Positions 7,953 through 16,815 are shown, counted from the stretch's first letter. The stretch: DNA of 20,000 bases from an uncultured virus (IMG/VR IMGVR_UViG_3300046832_002586) (IMGVR_UViG_3300046832_002586:51195-71194), one strand, 5' to 3'. Notes: a model not told the origin generated them from the sequence alone. A program made the numbers and translations.

Positions 7953-9515
7953 ATGAACCAAAATTCATTACATGAAACCGATATGGTATCATCGGGAGCA
8001 CCCACCCTCACAGGAAGTGAAGGTCACGGTCAAAAGAACCAAGACAACCAATTAGTCGCTGACGCTAAAAGACGTTTAGTCGACTCTACTACTCAACCTT
8101 TGTTTAAAGGTGAGGTGACTGGTAAACACTATCTTGTGTATATCAAAGAAGATGCTGGTAAAGAAGTATCAGTGACTACTATCATTGATGACTATAAGTC
8201 AGATGGTCTTGTAAATCCGAAACCTGCATATCAACGTCCTGCGGGCCAACACTCGCCTAAAGTTCAAAAAGGAATTCTTCTTGACTTTTTGTGTGGAGAA
8301 CGAGTTGGAACTATCGTACTTTATCAACCTGAAAACCGTTATCAACAAGAGCTTGTAGATGGTGGTCAACGAGTTGATATTATCCGTAAGTTTATAAATA
8401 GTAAATTGACACTTTCTGGTCAACAAGCGGCTAAATTTTGGGCTTACTATCTTCCCGAAATTATCCGAGGGCACCAACAAAAAGTCGATGAGAGTTTACA
8501 ACTTGAATGTAATAAACTCTTGAAAGCGATTGGAACCAACAAAAACGTACCGGTGGTAAAATTTGAAAACTTACCGCATAATGTAAGAAAAGAGATAAAA
8601 AAACTAACCTTTGACCTCAAAGTAATTAGTAAGATAGTGTTCAAGTGTATCGAAGACGATATTACGTTGACTTACAACTCTGAAGACTACGATGAGACTA
8701 AAGTTATTGAGATGGTTAGGAGTAAATTTAACAAGTTGAACTTACAACAAAAACCTGTACAACCCATCCATCAGATTTGGGGTTCTCGAGATGAGTATAA
8801 CATCAAGTCCCGTGGATATGTTGAGACTTACCCAGCTATCATGAGTGCATTTGGATACAACTTGGAAGAGGATGGTTCAACCAATGACGAAGAAGTGACA
8901 CGAACCTTTAACGACCTGTTGGTACGTTCCATGTTAGGTTTTGATGAAAAAGTTAAGTGGGGTCTTGGTATCCAAAAAGTGGCTGAAAACTTACTCGATG
9001 CTGTTTATGATGATGAGATTCCTGTTCAACCAAATGCTTTCGGTTTCATCGACTTTATGAGAACCCGTTTGGGTAAGGTTTTTAGTGGTAAGTTTGGTGA
9101 TAAAAACAATAATGTTCGTAAAGTGGAACTGGCTCGTGAGATGGTTGGTGTAGGTCAAAAAGCTGTGATGCAACGTTTGTTTATTCTTTCACTTATGGAA
9201 TTTTGGATGTATCTTAAAGAAAACAACAAATCGTCCAAGTACATGAGTGGCGAGACTATTTACGATAGTATGTATAATTACATGGAGTTGTTGTCTAAAG
9301 TTATCTCAACAGTAACTATGAGAACTATGGAGAAAGAAGATTACGGTAATGTTGATAAACCCCTCAAGAAGTATGGTTTGATGGGTATGTATGAGACTAA
9401 CCAAAAACTTTTTGACAACCTGATTCGTTTAGGTGGTCACTCTCAAAAAGACCATGTTTTGGTTAAACCAACCTTACGTTCTATTGTTGAGTTAGTTGAT
9501 GAATACACCATCTAA
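7953..9515 (+). CDS. DUF262 (GmrS/DndB-like ParB-superfamily) domain protein
   Basis: PAYQRP, GILLDFLCGERVGTIVLY, ELVDGGQR (DGQQR-like), later FNKLN. C-terminal half unassigned. Confidence 0.8.
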   Translation: MNQNSLHETDMVSSGAPTLTGSEGHGQKNQDNQLVADAKRRLVDSTTQPLFKGEVTGKHYLVYIKEDAGKEVSVTTIIDDYKSDGLVNPKPAYQRPAGQHSPKVQKGILLDFLCGERVGTIVLYQPENRYQQELVDGGQRVDIIRKFINSKLTLSGQQAAKFWAYYLPEIIRGHQQKVDESLQLECNKLLKAIGTNKNVPVVKFENLPHNVRKEIKKLTFDLKVISKIVFKCIEDDITLTYNSEDYDETKVIEMVRSKFNKLNLQQKPVQPIHQIWGSRDEYNIKSRGYVETYPAIMSAFGYNLEEDGSTNDEEVTRTFNDLLVRSMLGFDEKVKWGLGIQKVAENLLDAVYDDEIPVQPNAFGFIDFMRTRLGKVFSGKFGDKNNNVRKVELAREMVGVGQKAVMQRLFILSLMEFWMYLKENNKSSKYMSGETIYDSMYNYMELLSKVISTVTMRTMEKEDYGNVDKPLKKYGLMGMYETNQKLFDNLIRLGGHSQKDHVLVKPTLRSIVELVDEYTI

Positions 9516-9520
9516 AAAAA

Positions 9521-9547
9521 GACCCTCACATAAAGTGGGGGTTTTTT
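9521..9547 (+). repeat. Cassette-boundary repeat R3
   Basis: GACCCTCACATAAAGTGGGGGTTTTTT. Confidence 0.85.
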
Positions 9548-9583
9548 ATTTACAGAATTTTTTATTTTGTTATTTTTTATTGA

Positions 9584-10552
9584 ATGAAAGATTTGATTTT
9601 TATAACGGCTCATTGTCCATCGGAAGAACAAGAAAGAGCTCTTGAGAGGTGTATTGATTCTGTTTCAAAAAGTGGATATCACATTGCCTTATTATCTCAC
9701 ACTCATATTCCTTTTCATATTCAAAAAAAATGTAATTTTTATTTCTACGACTATTTGAATGATACTTCTGAGGACGTAGATTTATTACCTCCTGGTTTCT
9801 TTTTTTCTTTTGGTGACAAAATCATAAAATCCATTTTTTTCATAAAAAACTTTTATGGGTTTGCAATCTACAGAATGTTTTCAATCGCATCACAAATTGC
9901 AATCAATTTTGGATATAAAAATATACATCACATTGAGTATGATTGTGAGGTCCTTGATTTAGAAATTTTAAAACAACACAATGAGTTATTAGAAAATTAT
10001 GACTCAATTCTTTACACAACAACTGGTGACAGTGATGGGTTTATGTTTGGGTCTTTAAAGTCTGTAAGGGTTGACAAATTACCACGATTGTTCACCGATT
10101 ATAATCGTGATGAGATTGAAAAAAGGATGAGAGATTTTGGACAGAATGTAAATTTGGAATATATTACCAAAACAGAGTTCAAAAATCACACAAATGTTTT
10201 GTTTAGAAAAGAATCTGAACTCAATGGTTTTTTCAAAAAGGGAGAACATTTTTACGAGAGAAATTTACATTATACTCTTTTTTATGATAAAAAAGACAAC
10301 AAAATCAAACTTTTCTACAATTCACAAAAAATTGAAGAGGAAACTGTAATTGTTATTATAAATAATTCCGAAGTGCATACCTTGAATGTAAAACCTAACC
10401 ATTGGTATATTGAAAATTTGTATCCTATGGATGAGGTAAAAACCATCAGAATTGATAATTCAGAAAAAATAATATACGAAAAACATTTTGATGATACTTT
10501 CAAAGAGATTTTTAAATTAAAATCTCACCTAATTTATGAAGAAAATAATTAA
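9584..10552 (+). CDS. Putative glycosyltransferase-like (GT-A) protein
   Basis: N-terminal LIFITAH strand, LLSHT, and EYDCE at the DxD position; in an operon with a sugar acyltransferase. Function tentative. Confidence 0.5.
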   Translation: MKDLIFITAHCPSEEQERALERCIDSVSKSGYHIALLSHTHIPFHIQKKCNFYFYDYLNDTSEDVDLLPPGFFFSFGDKIIKSIFFIKNFYGFAIYRMFSIASQIAINFGYKNIHHIEYDCEVLDLEILKQHNELLENYDSILYTTTGDSDGFMFGSLKSVRVDKLPRLFTDYNRDEIEKRMRDFGQNVNLEYITKTEFKNHTNVLFRKESELNGFFKKGEHFYERNLHYTLFYDKKDNKIKLFYNSQKIEEETVIVIINNSEVHTLNVKPNHWYIENLYPMDEVKTIRIDNSEKIIYEKHFDDTFKEIFKLKSHLIYEENN

Positions 10553-11363
10553 TTTTACTCCAACAGGTACTCAGACAACGAGGATTAATTCGTTTGCTCC
10601 ATTGACTCCAAGTGAAATTGTGGATGAGGTAATAGGTGCGAATGAAATTGGTATATCTATTGTTCATCTTCATGCAAGGGATGAGGTTACGTTAGAAAAT
10701 ACATACAAGAAGGAAGTATATCAGAAGATAATAGAGGGGATAAAGAAGTATTGTCCTGAGTTATTGATTTGTGTTTCATTAACAGGTAGGAATTTCCCTG
10801 AACTATCACAAAGAGCGGAGGTTCTACAGTTATATCCTGACATGGGTTCATTAACAATGTCATCATTAAACTTCCAATCAGGAACATCGGTTAACCAACC
10901 TGAGATGATATTGTCTTTAATTAATGAGATGGACAAATACGGGGTACAACCTGAGATAGAATGTTTTGACACAGGTATGTTAAATTATACAAACTATCTT
11001 ATTTCAAAGAACATATTAAAATCTCCACACCACATCAATATGATTTTGGGGAATATCTATAATGGTCAATGTGAATTTGGTACGTTATCAACAATTAAAA
11101 ATAACATACCAACGAACTCATTTACATGTTTGGGTGGGATAGGTTCACAACAGTTAAAGAGTATAACATATGGGTTATTGGATTTTGATGGAATCAGAAT
11201 AGGTTTGGAAGATAATTTATATTATAGGGGTAAGGAAAAAACTACCAACATGATGTTATTAAAAAGAGCTCACAGATTGATGGATGAATTTGACATGGAA
11301 CATTATGCATCTACGGAATTAAGAAAAATGGGTTATGGAAACAAAATTATTAATAGTAGGTAA
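10536..11363 (+). CDS. BKACE / 3-keto-5-aminohexanoate cleavage enzyme family (DUF849)
   Basis: PTG, PLTPSEI, VHLHARD, SLTMSSLN, PEIECFD, RIGLEDN motifs. Confidence 0.92.
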   Translation: MKKIINFTPTGTQTTRINSFAPLTPSEIVDEVIGANEIGISIVHLHARDEVTLENTYKKEVYQKIIEGIKKYCPELLICVSLTGRNFPELSQRAEVLQLYPDMGSLTMSSLNFQSGTSVNQPEMILSLINEMDKYGVQPEIECFDTGMLNYTNYLISKNILKSPHHINMILGNIYNGQCEFGTLSTIKNNIPTNSFTCLGGIGSQQLKSITYGLLDFDGIRIGLEDNLYYRGKEKTTNMMLLKRAHRLMDEFDMEHYASTELRKMGYGNKIINSR

Positions 11364-11973
11364 GGGTGATAATGTCATCACGATGATAGTTGACAATTTA
11401 TATTCCAACCATGATTTACTCACAATAGATGTCTACAACAATCTGAATTTAGAAGTTGTTAATAATATTTCTCATCCTGAATATAAAATCTCATTACTTC
11501 CCGATGTGGATTTTAACGATTACGAACACATTTGTTTGGGAGTGTATCAGCCAAAATTAAAAAGAATTTTGGTTGAGAAGTATAATATAAACGAAAATAA
11601 ATTAGTTAATATTATTCACCATGGTCTTATTAAATCTGAGACGGTAGAATTAGGTAAGGGGTTACTTATTAATTCTTTAGTAACCATTGCGGCACACACT
11701 TGTATAAAAGATTATGTTTCAATAAACCGTAGTGTTTCTATAGGTCATCACGTTACAATTGGTAAATACTCTTCAATTAATCCTGGCACAAACATTGCGG
11801 GAAATGTAACGGTGGGTGAAGGAACAACGATAGGGATGGGGAGTAATATTATTAATGGGGTTAAAATAGGTAACAATACTATAATAGGTGCAGGTTCAGT
11901 TGTCACTAAAGATATTCCTGACAATGTGGTAGCTTATGGTAATCCATGTAAAATAATTAGGGATAATCTGTAA
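11335..11973 (+). CDS. NeuD/PglD-like sugar O/N-acyltransferase (left-handed beta-helix)
   Basis: Hexapeptide repeats, GHH, IIGAGSVVTKDIP, AYGNPCK. Confidence 0.92.
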   Translation: METKLLIVGKGDNVITMIVDNLYSNHDLLTIDVYNNLNLEVVNNISHPEYKISLLPDVDFNDYEHICLGVYQPKLKRILVEKYNINENKLVNIIHHGLIKSETVELGKGLLINSLVTIAAHTCIKDYVSINRSVSIGHHVTIGKYSSINPGTNIAGNVTVGEGTTIGMGSNIINGVKIGNNTIIGAGSVVTKDIPDNVVAYGNPCKIIRDNL

Positions 11974-12000
11974 ATCCACTCACATAAAAGTGGGGGGTTA
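11974..12000 (+). repeat. Cassette-boundary repeat R4 (degenerate)
   Basis: ATCCACTCACATAAAAGTGGGGGGTTA. Confidence 0.7.
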
Positions 12001-12003
12001 TTA

Positions 12004-12035
12004 TTTGGTAATATCAATTATTTATTGTTACTTTG
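12004..12035 (+). promoter_or_regulatory. Bacteroidota-type promoter (near-consensus)
   Basis: TTTG 12004-12007, 20-nt spacer, TTACTTTG 12028-12035, ATG 12040. Confidence 0.55.
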
Positions 12036-12039
12036 TAAT

Positions 12040-12219
12040 ATGATGAATACAACTACTGAAATTTTGGAAAACGCTATAAATGAAATTAAACTTTTGACTC
12101 CTGAAGAAAGACGGGAGATAGAGTTGGAAGCATCTGAGAGCATGAATAGATATATTATGGGGGATGGTGATTCCCGAGACCTATACAATTACTATGATTG
12201 TATGGAGAAATTAAAGTAA
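12040..12219 (+). CDS. Small acidic hypothetical protein
   Basis: 59-aa ORF from ATG 12040 between the promoter and R5. Confidence 0.7.
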   Translation: MMNTTTEILENAINEIKLLTPEERREIELEASESMNRYIMGDGDSRDLYNYYDCMEKLK

Positions 12220-12225
12220 TTAAGA

Positions 12226-12252
12226 GACCCTCACTAATAAGTGGGGGTTTTT
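12226..12252 (+). repeat. Cassette-boundary repeat R5
   Basis: GACCCTCACTAATAAGTGGGGGTTTTT. Confidence 0.85.
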
Positions 12253-12277
12253 CATATTTATTAATAAACAAATTCAT

Positions 12278-12652
12278 ATGTGGCAAGCAAACATTACAAT
12301 CAATAATAACACCGAATACAATTTAACTATTAATGGTGTTGGACCTGGCAATCAAACAATAGGACCGAACTCACAAGTATCATGGTCATCAACTGAGGTA
12401 CACAACACCAAGAGTCTTTTATTTTGGGTTCAGGAGAATGTATGGTATATGCAAGGTAACCTTTCATTCGGTCCTGAGGCGGGAGTATATGTGGACCGTG
12501 GATGGATGGCGGACGGTGACCAATCTATAGAGATGGTGGCTGACGCAAACGGTAAGACATGGAATCAGACATCAAACGGGGGAGAAACTCTCTTACAGTG
12601 GAACGAATTTGAAAGTGGAGGTGATATAACACTAACCTTTAACAAACAATAA
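12278..12652 (+). CDS. Hypothetical beta-rich protein
   Basis: 124 aa, Asn/Gly/Thr/Trp-rich with alternating strand patterns; single-gene cassette between R5 and R6. Confidence 0.8.
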   Translation: MWQANITINNNTEYNLTINGVGPGNQTIGPNSQVSWSSTEVHNTKSLLFWVQENVWYMQGNLSFGPEAGVYVDRGWMADGDQSIEMVADANGKTWNQTSNGGETLLQWNEFESGGDITLTFNKQ

Positions 12653-12656
12653 AATA

Positions 12657-12682
12657 GACCCTCACATAAAAGTGGGGGTTTT
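12657..12682 (+). repeat. Cassette-boundary repeat R6
   Basis: GACCCTCACATAAAAGTGGGGGTTTT. Confidence 0.85.
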
Positions 12683-12699
12683 GTTGTATTTATACTATT

Positions 12700-13662
12700 A
12701 TGAGGGATTTAATTAGGCGTATTTTGCGTGAACAAACATTGATTAATGAATTTGCTAGAGGGTCTAAGAGTAATACTGATGAGTTCATCGAAAAGGCTCG
12801 CCAAGTTCACGGGGATAAGTACACCTACGATAATGTTGATTACAATGGCGCTGGAGCATTCGTTAATATAACTTGTCCAAAACACGGTGATTTTTCTATA
12901 CGAGCTAGTCATCATTTATCAGGTAGAGGTTGTAGAGATTGTTACCTTGAAAACCATCGTTTTAATACCGATGAGTTTATTGAAAGAGCAAAAAAAGTTC
13001 ACGGAGATAAGTACACCTACGATAAAGTTGATTACAAGACCAATAAACAAGATGTTATTATAACTTGTCCAAAACACGGTGATTTTCCTCAATTATCTGG
13101 AAACCATTTACAAGGTGCTGGGTGTCCAAAGTGTTTCCGTGAAAGCCGTCGTTATAATACTGATGAGTTCATCGAAAAGGCTCGCCAAGTTCACGGGGAT
13201 AAGTACACCTACGATGATGTTGATTATAAGGATGCGCACACACTTGTTAATATAACTTGTCCTAAACACGGTGATTTTCTTCAAAAACCTGGTAACCATT
13301 TATCAGGTCAAGGTTGTCCAACGTGTTTAGAATCAAAAGGAGAGAAGTATGTTGCAAACATTTTGGATAACAGAAATATTACCTATATTAGATGGAAAAG
13401 ATTTAATGATTGTAGAGGTTTCTGTAGAACTTTATCGTTTGATTTTTATTTACCCGATTATAATATATTCATTGAGTATGATGGTAGACACCATTTTAAA
13501 CCCGTAAATATATGGGGTGGAGATGACAGTTTAAAAAAACAACAAATGTATGACACCATCAAAAATGAATATGCAAAACGCAACAACATCAAGTTAATTA
13601 GAATACCCTATACTCTTCCTTTAAAAGACGTAGACGATTTACTCACAACAGAAATTAAATAA
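12700..13662 (+). CDS. Zinc-ribbon-repeat (DUF723-like) protein with C-terminal PD-(D/E)xK/Vsr-like nuclease; homing-endonuclease-like
   Basis: Three 64-aa repeats FIEKA..VHGDKYTY...ITCPKHGDF...HL.G.GC..C, then ESKGE...FDFYLP...IEYDGRHH; leader MRDLIRRILREQ. Confidence 0.85.
   Translation: MRDLIRRILREQTLINEFARGSKSNTDEFIEKARQVHGDKYTYDNVDYNGAGAFVNITCPKHGDFSIRASHHLSGRGCRDCYLENHRFNTDEFIERAKKVHGDKYTYDKVDYKTNKQDVIITCPKHGDFPQLSGNHLQGAGCPKCFRESRRYNTDEFIEKARQVHGDKYTYDDVDYKDAHTLVNITCPKHGDFLQKPGNHLSGQGCPTCLESKGEKYVANILDNRNITYIRWKRFNDCRGFCRTLSFDFYLPDYNIFIEYDGRHHFKPVNIWGGDDSLKKQQMYDTIKNEYAKRNNIKLIRIPYTLPLKDVDDLLTTEIK
12771..13346 (+). repeat. Three intragenic 192-bp tandem repeats
   Basis: Units start at 12771, 12963 and 13155; 12771-12831 is identical to 13155-13215. 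Confidence 0.9.
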
Positions 13663-13689
13663 ACCCTCACTAATAAGTGGGGGTTTTTT
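13661..13689 (+). repeat. Cassette-boundary repeat R7
   Basis: AAACCCTCACTAATAAGTGGGGGTTTTTT. Confidence 0.85.
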
Positions 13690-13718
13690 ATTTAACATTT
13701 ACCACCTATATTTTAGGT

Positions 13719-14201
13719 ATGGGGTTATACGATGACTATTTAAAATCCAAGACGGGAGATACTGAAACAAAAGTGGGGGTGATTAATAATATTATCTCAA
13801 CGTACCCTAAGATAATAGATTATCTGTATAATCGTATAGATACATGTTTTGGTGAACACACAGTATATCTTGTACACATGAGAGTAGGTGGTGAAGATAT
13901 GTTAAAGATTGGTTACACTAAGAATGATGTTAACGGTAGATTCTCTGAGAATAGATATTCAGGTAGAGATACTATAGAGATTGTGGAAATCATAAGGGAG
14001 AATAAACTCCAAGCCAAAGGAGCGGTGGATTTCGAGAAAGATATAAAAGAACATACAAAAGAATATAAGATTATTACCAATCTTACATTACCTGGCAAGA
14101 ATGAATTCATGAGTATAAATTACAGAGATGAAATAACAACTCTATATGATAATCTATATCCACAATACATTAGTGTGGAAGGATTAAAGTCACCTAACTA
14201 A
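13719..14201 (+). CDS. GIY-YIG-like nuclease (T5orf172/MUG113-type)
   Basis: VYLVHM...LKIGYTK...GRF, later FEKDI and GKNEF. Start moved to ATG 13719 because the ORF-track start lies inside R7. Confidence 0.7.
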   Translation: MGLYDDYLKSKTGDTETKVGVINNIISTYPKIIDYLYNRIDTCFGEHTVYLVHMRVGGEDMLKIGYTKNDVNGRFSENRYSGRDTIEIVEIIRENKLQAKGAVDFEKDIKEHTKEYKIITNLTLPGKNEFMSINYRDEITTLYDNLYPQYISVEGLKSPN

Positions 14202-14408
14202 TATAGGGTAATGGACAATACAGTTCACTCACTCATAAAGGTGAGGTTCGGGTAAACCCTCACACACCATTTATTCGTTCATTCACTGATTATCCATTAC
14301 TTGTTTATAGTAAGTGCGGACTATAAACCAATCGTATCACCTATCGTATATTTACGTATATTTGCGTATCATTTCATACAACATATATTTATAATCAAAT
14401 AAGTCGGG

Positions 14409-14750
14409 ATGAATAACATAGACAGAAAAATATCGGGGGTGGAAAAACTATTCAATGAAGTACTTCCAACAATATATCCACAGATAACAAATATAGAGAT
14501 AGTAAAAAAATATACTAACGAATATCCTGATTATGATATAATCATAGATACCAATCTACCAAATACTGTAACAGAGGATGACTATTGGGATAACGAATTT
14601 TGGGAAACAAATCAAATGTTTGATTACCACTATATGAATGATGTTATTATGCCTGAACTATTAGAGTACTTCTCCATTAAAGATGCAGAATTTGATAGAC
14701 AAATAAAAATCTACAACATAATCAATGGACTAATTATTACCACAAATTAA
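14409..14750 (+). CDS. Acidic hypothetical protein
   Basis: 113-aa ORF; TATTTAT at 14386-14392. Confidence 0.75.
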   Translation: MNNIDRKISGVEKLFNEVLPTIYPQITNIEIVKKYTNEYPDYDIIIDTNLPNTVTEDDYWDNEFWETNQMFDYHYMNDVIMPELLEYFSIKDAEFDRQIKIYNIINGLIITTN

Positions 14751-14885
14751 GGGATATACCTTAAGAGTAATATTATGCAAAAGGTAGTGAAAAATACTAC
14801 TTTATGCAAAAAATCTATCCTTATAAACTATCGTAATCCACAACCTCATTTGATTAAACGGGGGGAATATATTATCATTACTACT

Positions 14886-15344
14886 ATGGATAAAGAATTA
14901 TACTCAACGATAGAACATCTTATTATAAAATGGAACTTAGATGGTTATAAAACTGCAGGTCATCTAACAAGACAGATTATGGAACATATATCAAATGTAA
15001 CATTAAACACATATAAGACATTAGAAGAAAATGGTGTATACATTCACTATGCTCCTGAACATTACAGTGATGGTTCAAATCTAAGTTTCTCTATAGAGTT
15101 TACTAAACAAAAAATCCAAACAGGATGGTATAATGATGACCATGAGTTCGGTGATGCATATGATACTAAGGTTAGCTCAATCAAACTTGCACAATGGTAT
15201 TTAGAAGACCCTAAGAGAATAGAACTTATAGATGGTAGTATGAGAGACCCTGAGTATATGAAATATGTAAATGACCTATTTGATTTTTTAGAAACTATCG
15301 TATTACTAAAGGATAGTTTTACACCTTTACGTATAATACCATAA
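14886..15344 (+). CDS. Hypothetical protein
   Basis: Long ORF; most plausible start is MDKELYSTIE at 14886 (14775 possible). Confidence 0.7.
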   Translation: MDKELYSTIEHLIIKWNLDGYKTAGHLTRQIMEHISNVTLNTYKTLEENGVYIHYAPEHYSDGSNLSFSIEFTKQKIQTGWYNDDHEFGDAYDTKVSSIKLAQWYLEDPKRIELIDGSMRDPEYMKYVNDLFDFLETIVLLKDSFTPLRIIP

Positions 15345-16050
15345 GATAATTTTATACCTTTAAGTATAATACCGTTCGGTATAATCCCCCCCATTTCAGG
15401 TTCCCCCACCTAACGAATGACACATAGTATAGGTGATAGTGTATACCACAGTGAGGGGATGTCTGCAGTTAAGGGACTACGTCCCTATCATACGAGACAT
15501 CCCTAACTAATGGTATAGTGAATTCTTTAACCCACATCATTTTGCAGACAAACCCTACGGGACAAATGAGATGATGATACTATATCCCACTTTCTACCAC
15601 ACCTGACTATGTGTCATAATATGGGGGGATTATACACCATTGAGTAGACCATATAATGACCCTTACGGGTTCTCCTTGAAGGAGACTACGTCTCTCCCCA
15701 CGCTCTATACCTTAACATACCTTTTTAGCTGGATTTTGTAACACCTAAAAATATGGTCCTCACACTATCAGGAAGACCACTTTTTTTAGGCTGGTCATAG
15801 CGTCAGAACCATTTGGTGGTAGAAAGTGGGGGAAAGTGTTAAGATAGTATTACCCCAAAAGGGGGGAAAGAGATTGTGTGGGGTTTGAAACCCCCCTGAC
15901 ATTTTGACATTTCCAAATAAAATGGGGATAAGTTATCAACAATTTTCACCCCTGACAGTATGTCAGGGACCATTTATCCTTTACAAGTTATGAACATTTT
16001 ATATGTTCCTTAACGTGGATAAACTGTACCTTACCCCCAAGATAGAGAAG

Positions 16051-16428
16051 ATGGATGACAGGTATAGGGTGGAACTCTATTCTAATGGGGGGAAATTCTA
16101 TGGGATACTATACTATGAACTTGTTAAGAGGGGGTTTACAAACAAACCTATCTCAATGAACAAGTATACCTGTGTGGATGCTACACTCCAAAAAGACTTG
16201 TACGAAGACTTCCCCACCATAACTCCCGTCGGTCTGCTGAGGGGACTGACTCACCTAATCTCTCAATTAGATGGGGGTACAGATGAACATACATCTTCTC
16301 ATACCTACGAGCATCTATTTCATGGGGGTTCTTACGATACCCATGGAGACTATCAAGAGACCAATATACTTCCTTCTCCTGAGTGGAGTGGTACCACTCA
16401 TGAAGGAAACACTTCAGGAAATCCCTAA
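16051..16428 (+). CDS. Possible hypothetical protein, 3' part antisense to the HExxH gene
   Basis: First ~70 aa from MDDRYRVELY look protein-like; large convergent overlap makes it doubtful. Confidence 0.35.
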   Translation: MDDRYRVELYSNGGKFYGILYYELVKRGFTNKPISMNKYTCVDATLQKDLYEDFPTITPVGLLRGLTHLISQLDGGTDEHTSSHTYEHLFHGGSYDTHGDYQETNILPSPEWSGTTHEGNTSGNP

Positions 16429-16642
16429 GGGTTCCAATCTGTTTGGTCTGAAAGACAATGAACAGATTGTCATAGTCATAGTGTGATGCTGAGTCATCAA
16501 TTGTCTTACTATCTATATGACACTGAGGAACCATCCCACCAAATGGGGGGTGAAGGTTCTCGGTCCCCCAATCCAAACAGATATTCATAATCCTATTGAG
16601 GGTCCTGTTGTCTAACTTACTGATGGGGTAATCAAGATTCAT
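16181..16642 (-). CDS. Zincin-like HExxH metallopeptidase-domain protein
   Basis: FLHEWYHSTQ...NPHEIDAR (HExxH plus downstream E); TATCTTAG 4 nt before ATG 16642. Confidence 0.75.
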   Translation of the reverse strand: MNLDYPISKLDNRTLNRIMNICLDWGTENLHPPFGGMVPQCHIDSKTIDDSASHYDYDNLFIVFQTKQIGTLRDFLKCFLHEWYHSTQEKEVYWSLDSLHGYRKNPHEIDARRYEKMYVHLYPHLIERLGESVPSADRRELWWGSLRTSLFGV

Positions 16643-16783
16643 GCTGCTAAGATACAAAATATATCTGACATATAAGTTATGAACACCCCTTGTATATGTA
16701 AAAAGTTTGTGGTACCTTTGGGGTGGTAAGAGGGTGGGTCATCTAACCCCCCCGTTAAATAAACAATTATTTTTCCCCCCATG

Positions 16784-16815
16784 TTTGGTGGTGTCATATA
16801 TGTGTTGTATATTTG
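16784..16815 (+). promoter_or_regulatory. Bacteroidota-type sigma-A promoter (consensus)
   Basis: TTTG 16784-16787, 20-nt spacer, TATATTTG 16808-16815. Confidence 0.7.

Noticed and set aside
6383..13689. Hairpin repeats as a CRISPR array
   Set aside because: Spacing is 0.25-2.5 kb with whole genes in between; no cas genes.
992..15409. Antisense or alternate-frame ORFs (992-, 3166-, 6365-, 7352-, 7488+, 8199-, 8447-, 8991-, 10315-, 10687-, 10721-, 12709-, 13108-, 13913-, 15062-)
   Set aside because: Shadows of better-supported genes, with no motifs or expression signals.
15345..16000. tRNA genes in the non-coding zone
   Set aside because: No cloverleaf with T-loop/D-loop consensus found by eye; tRNAscan would be decisive.
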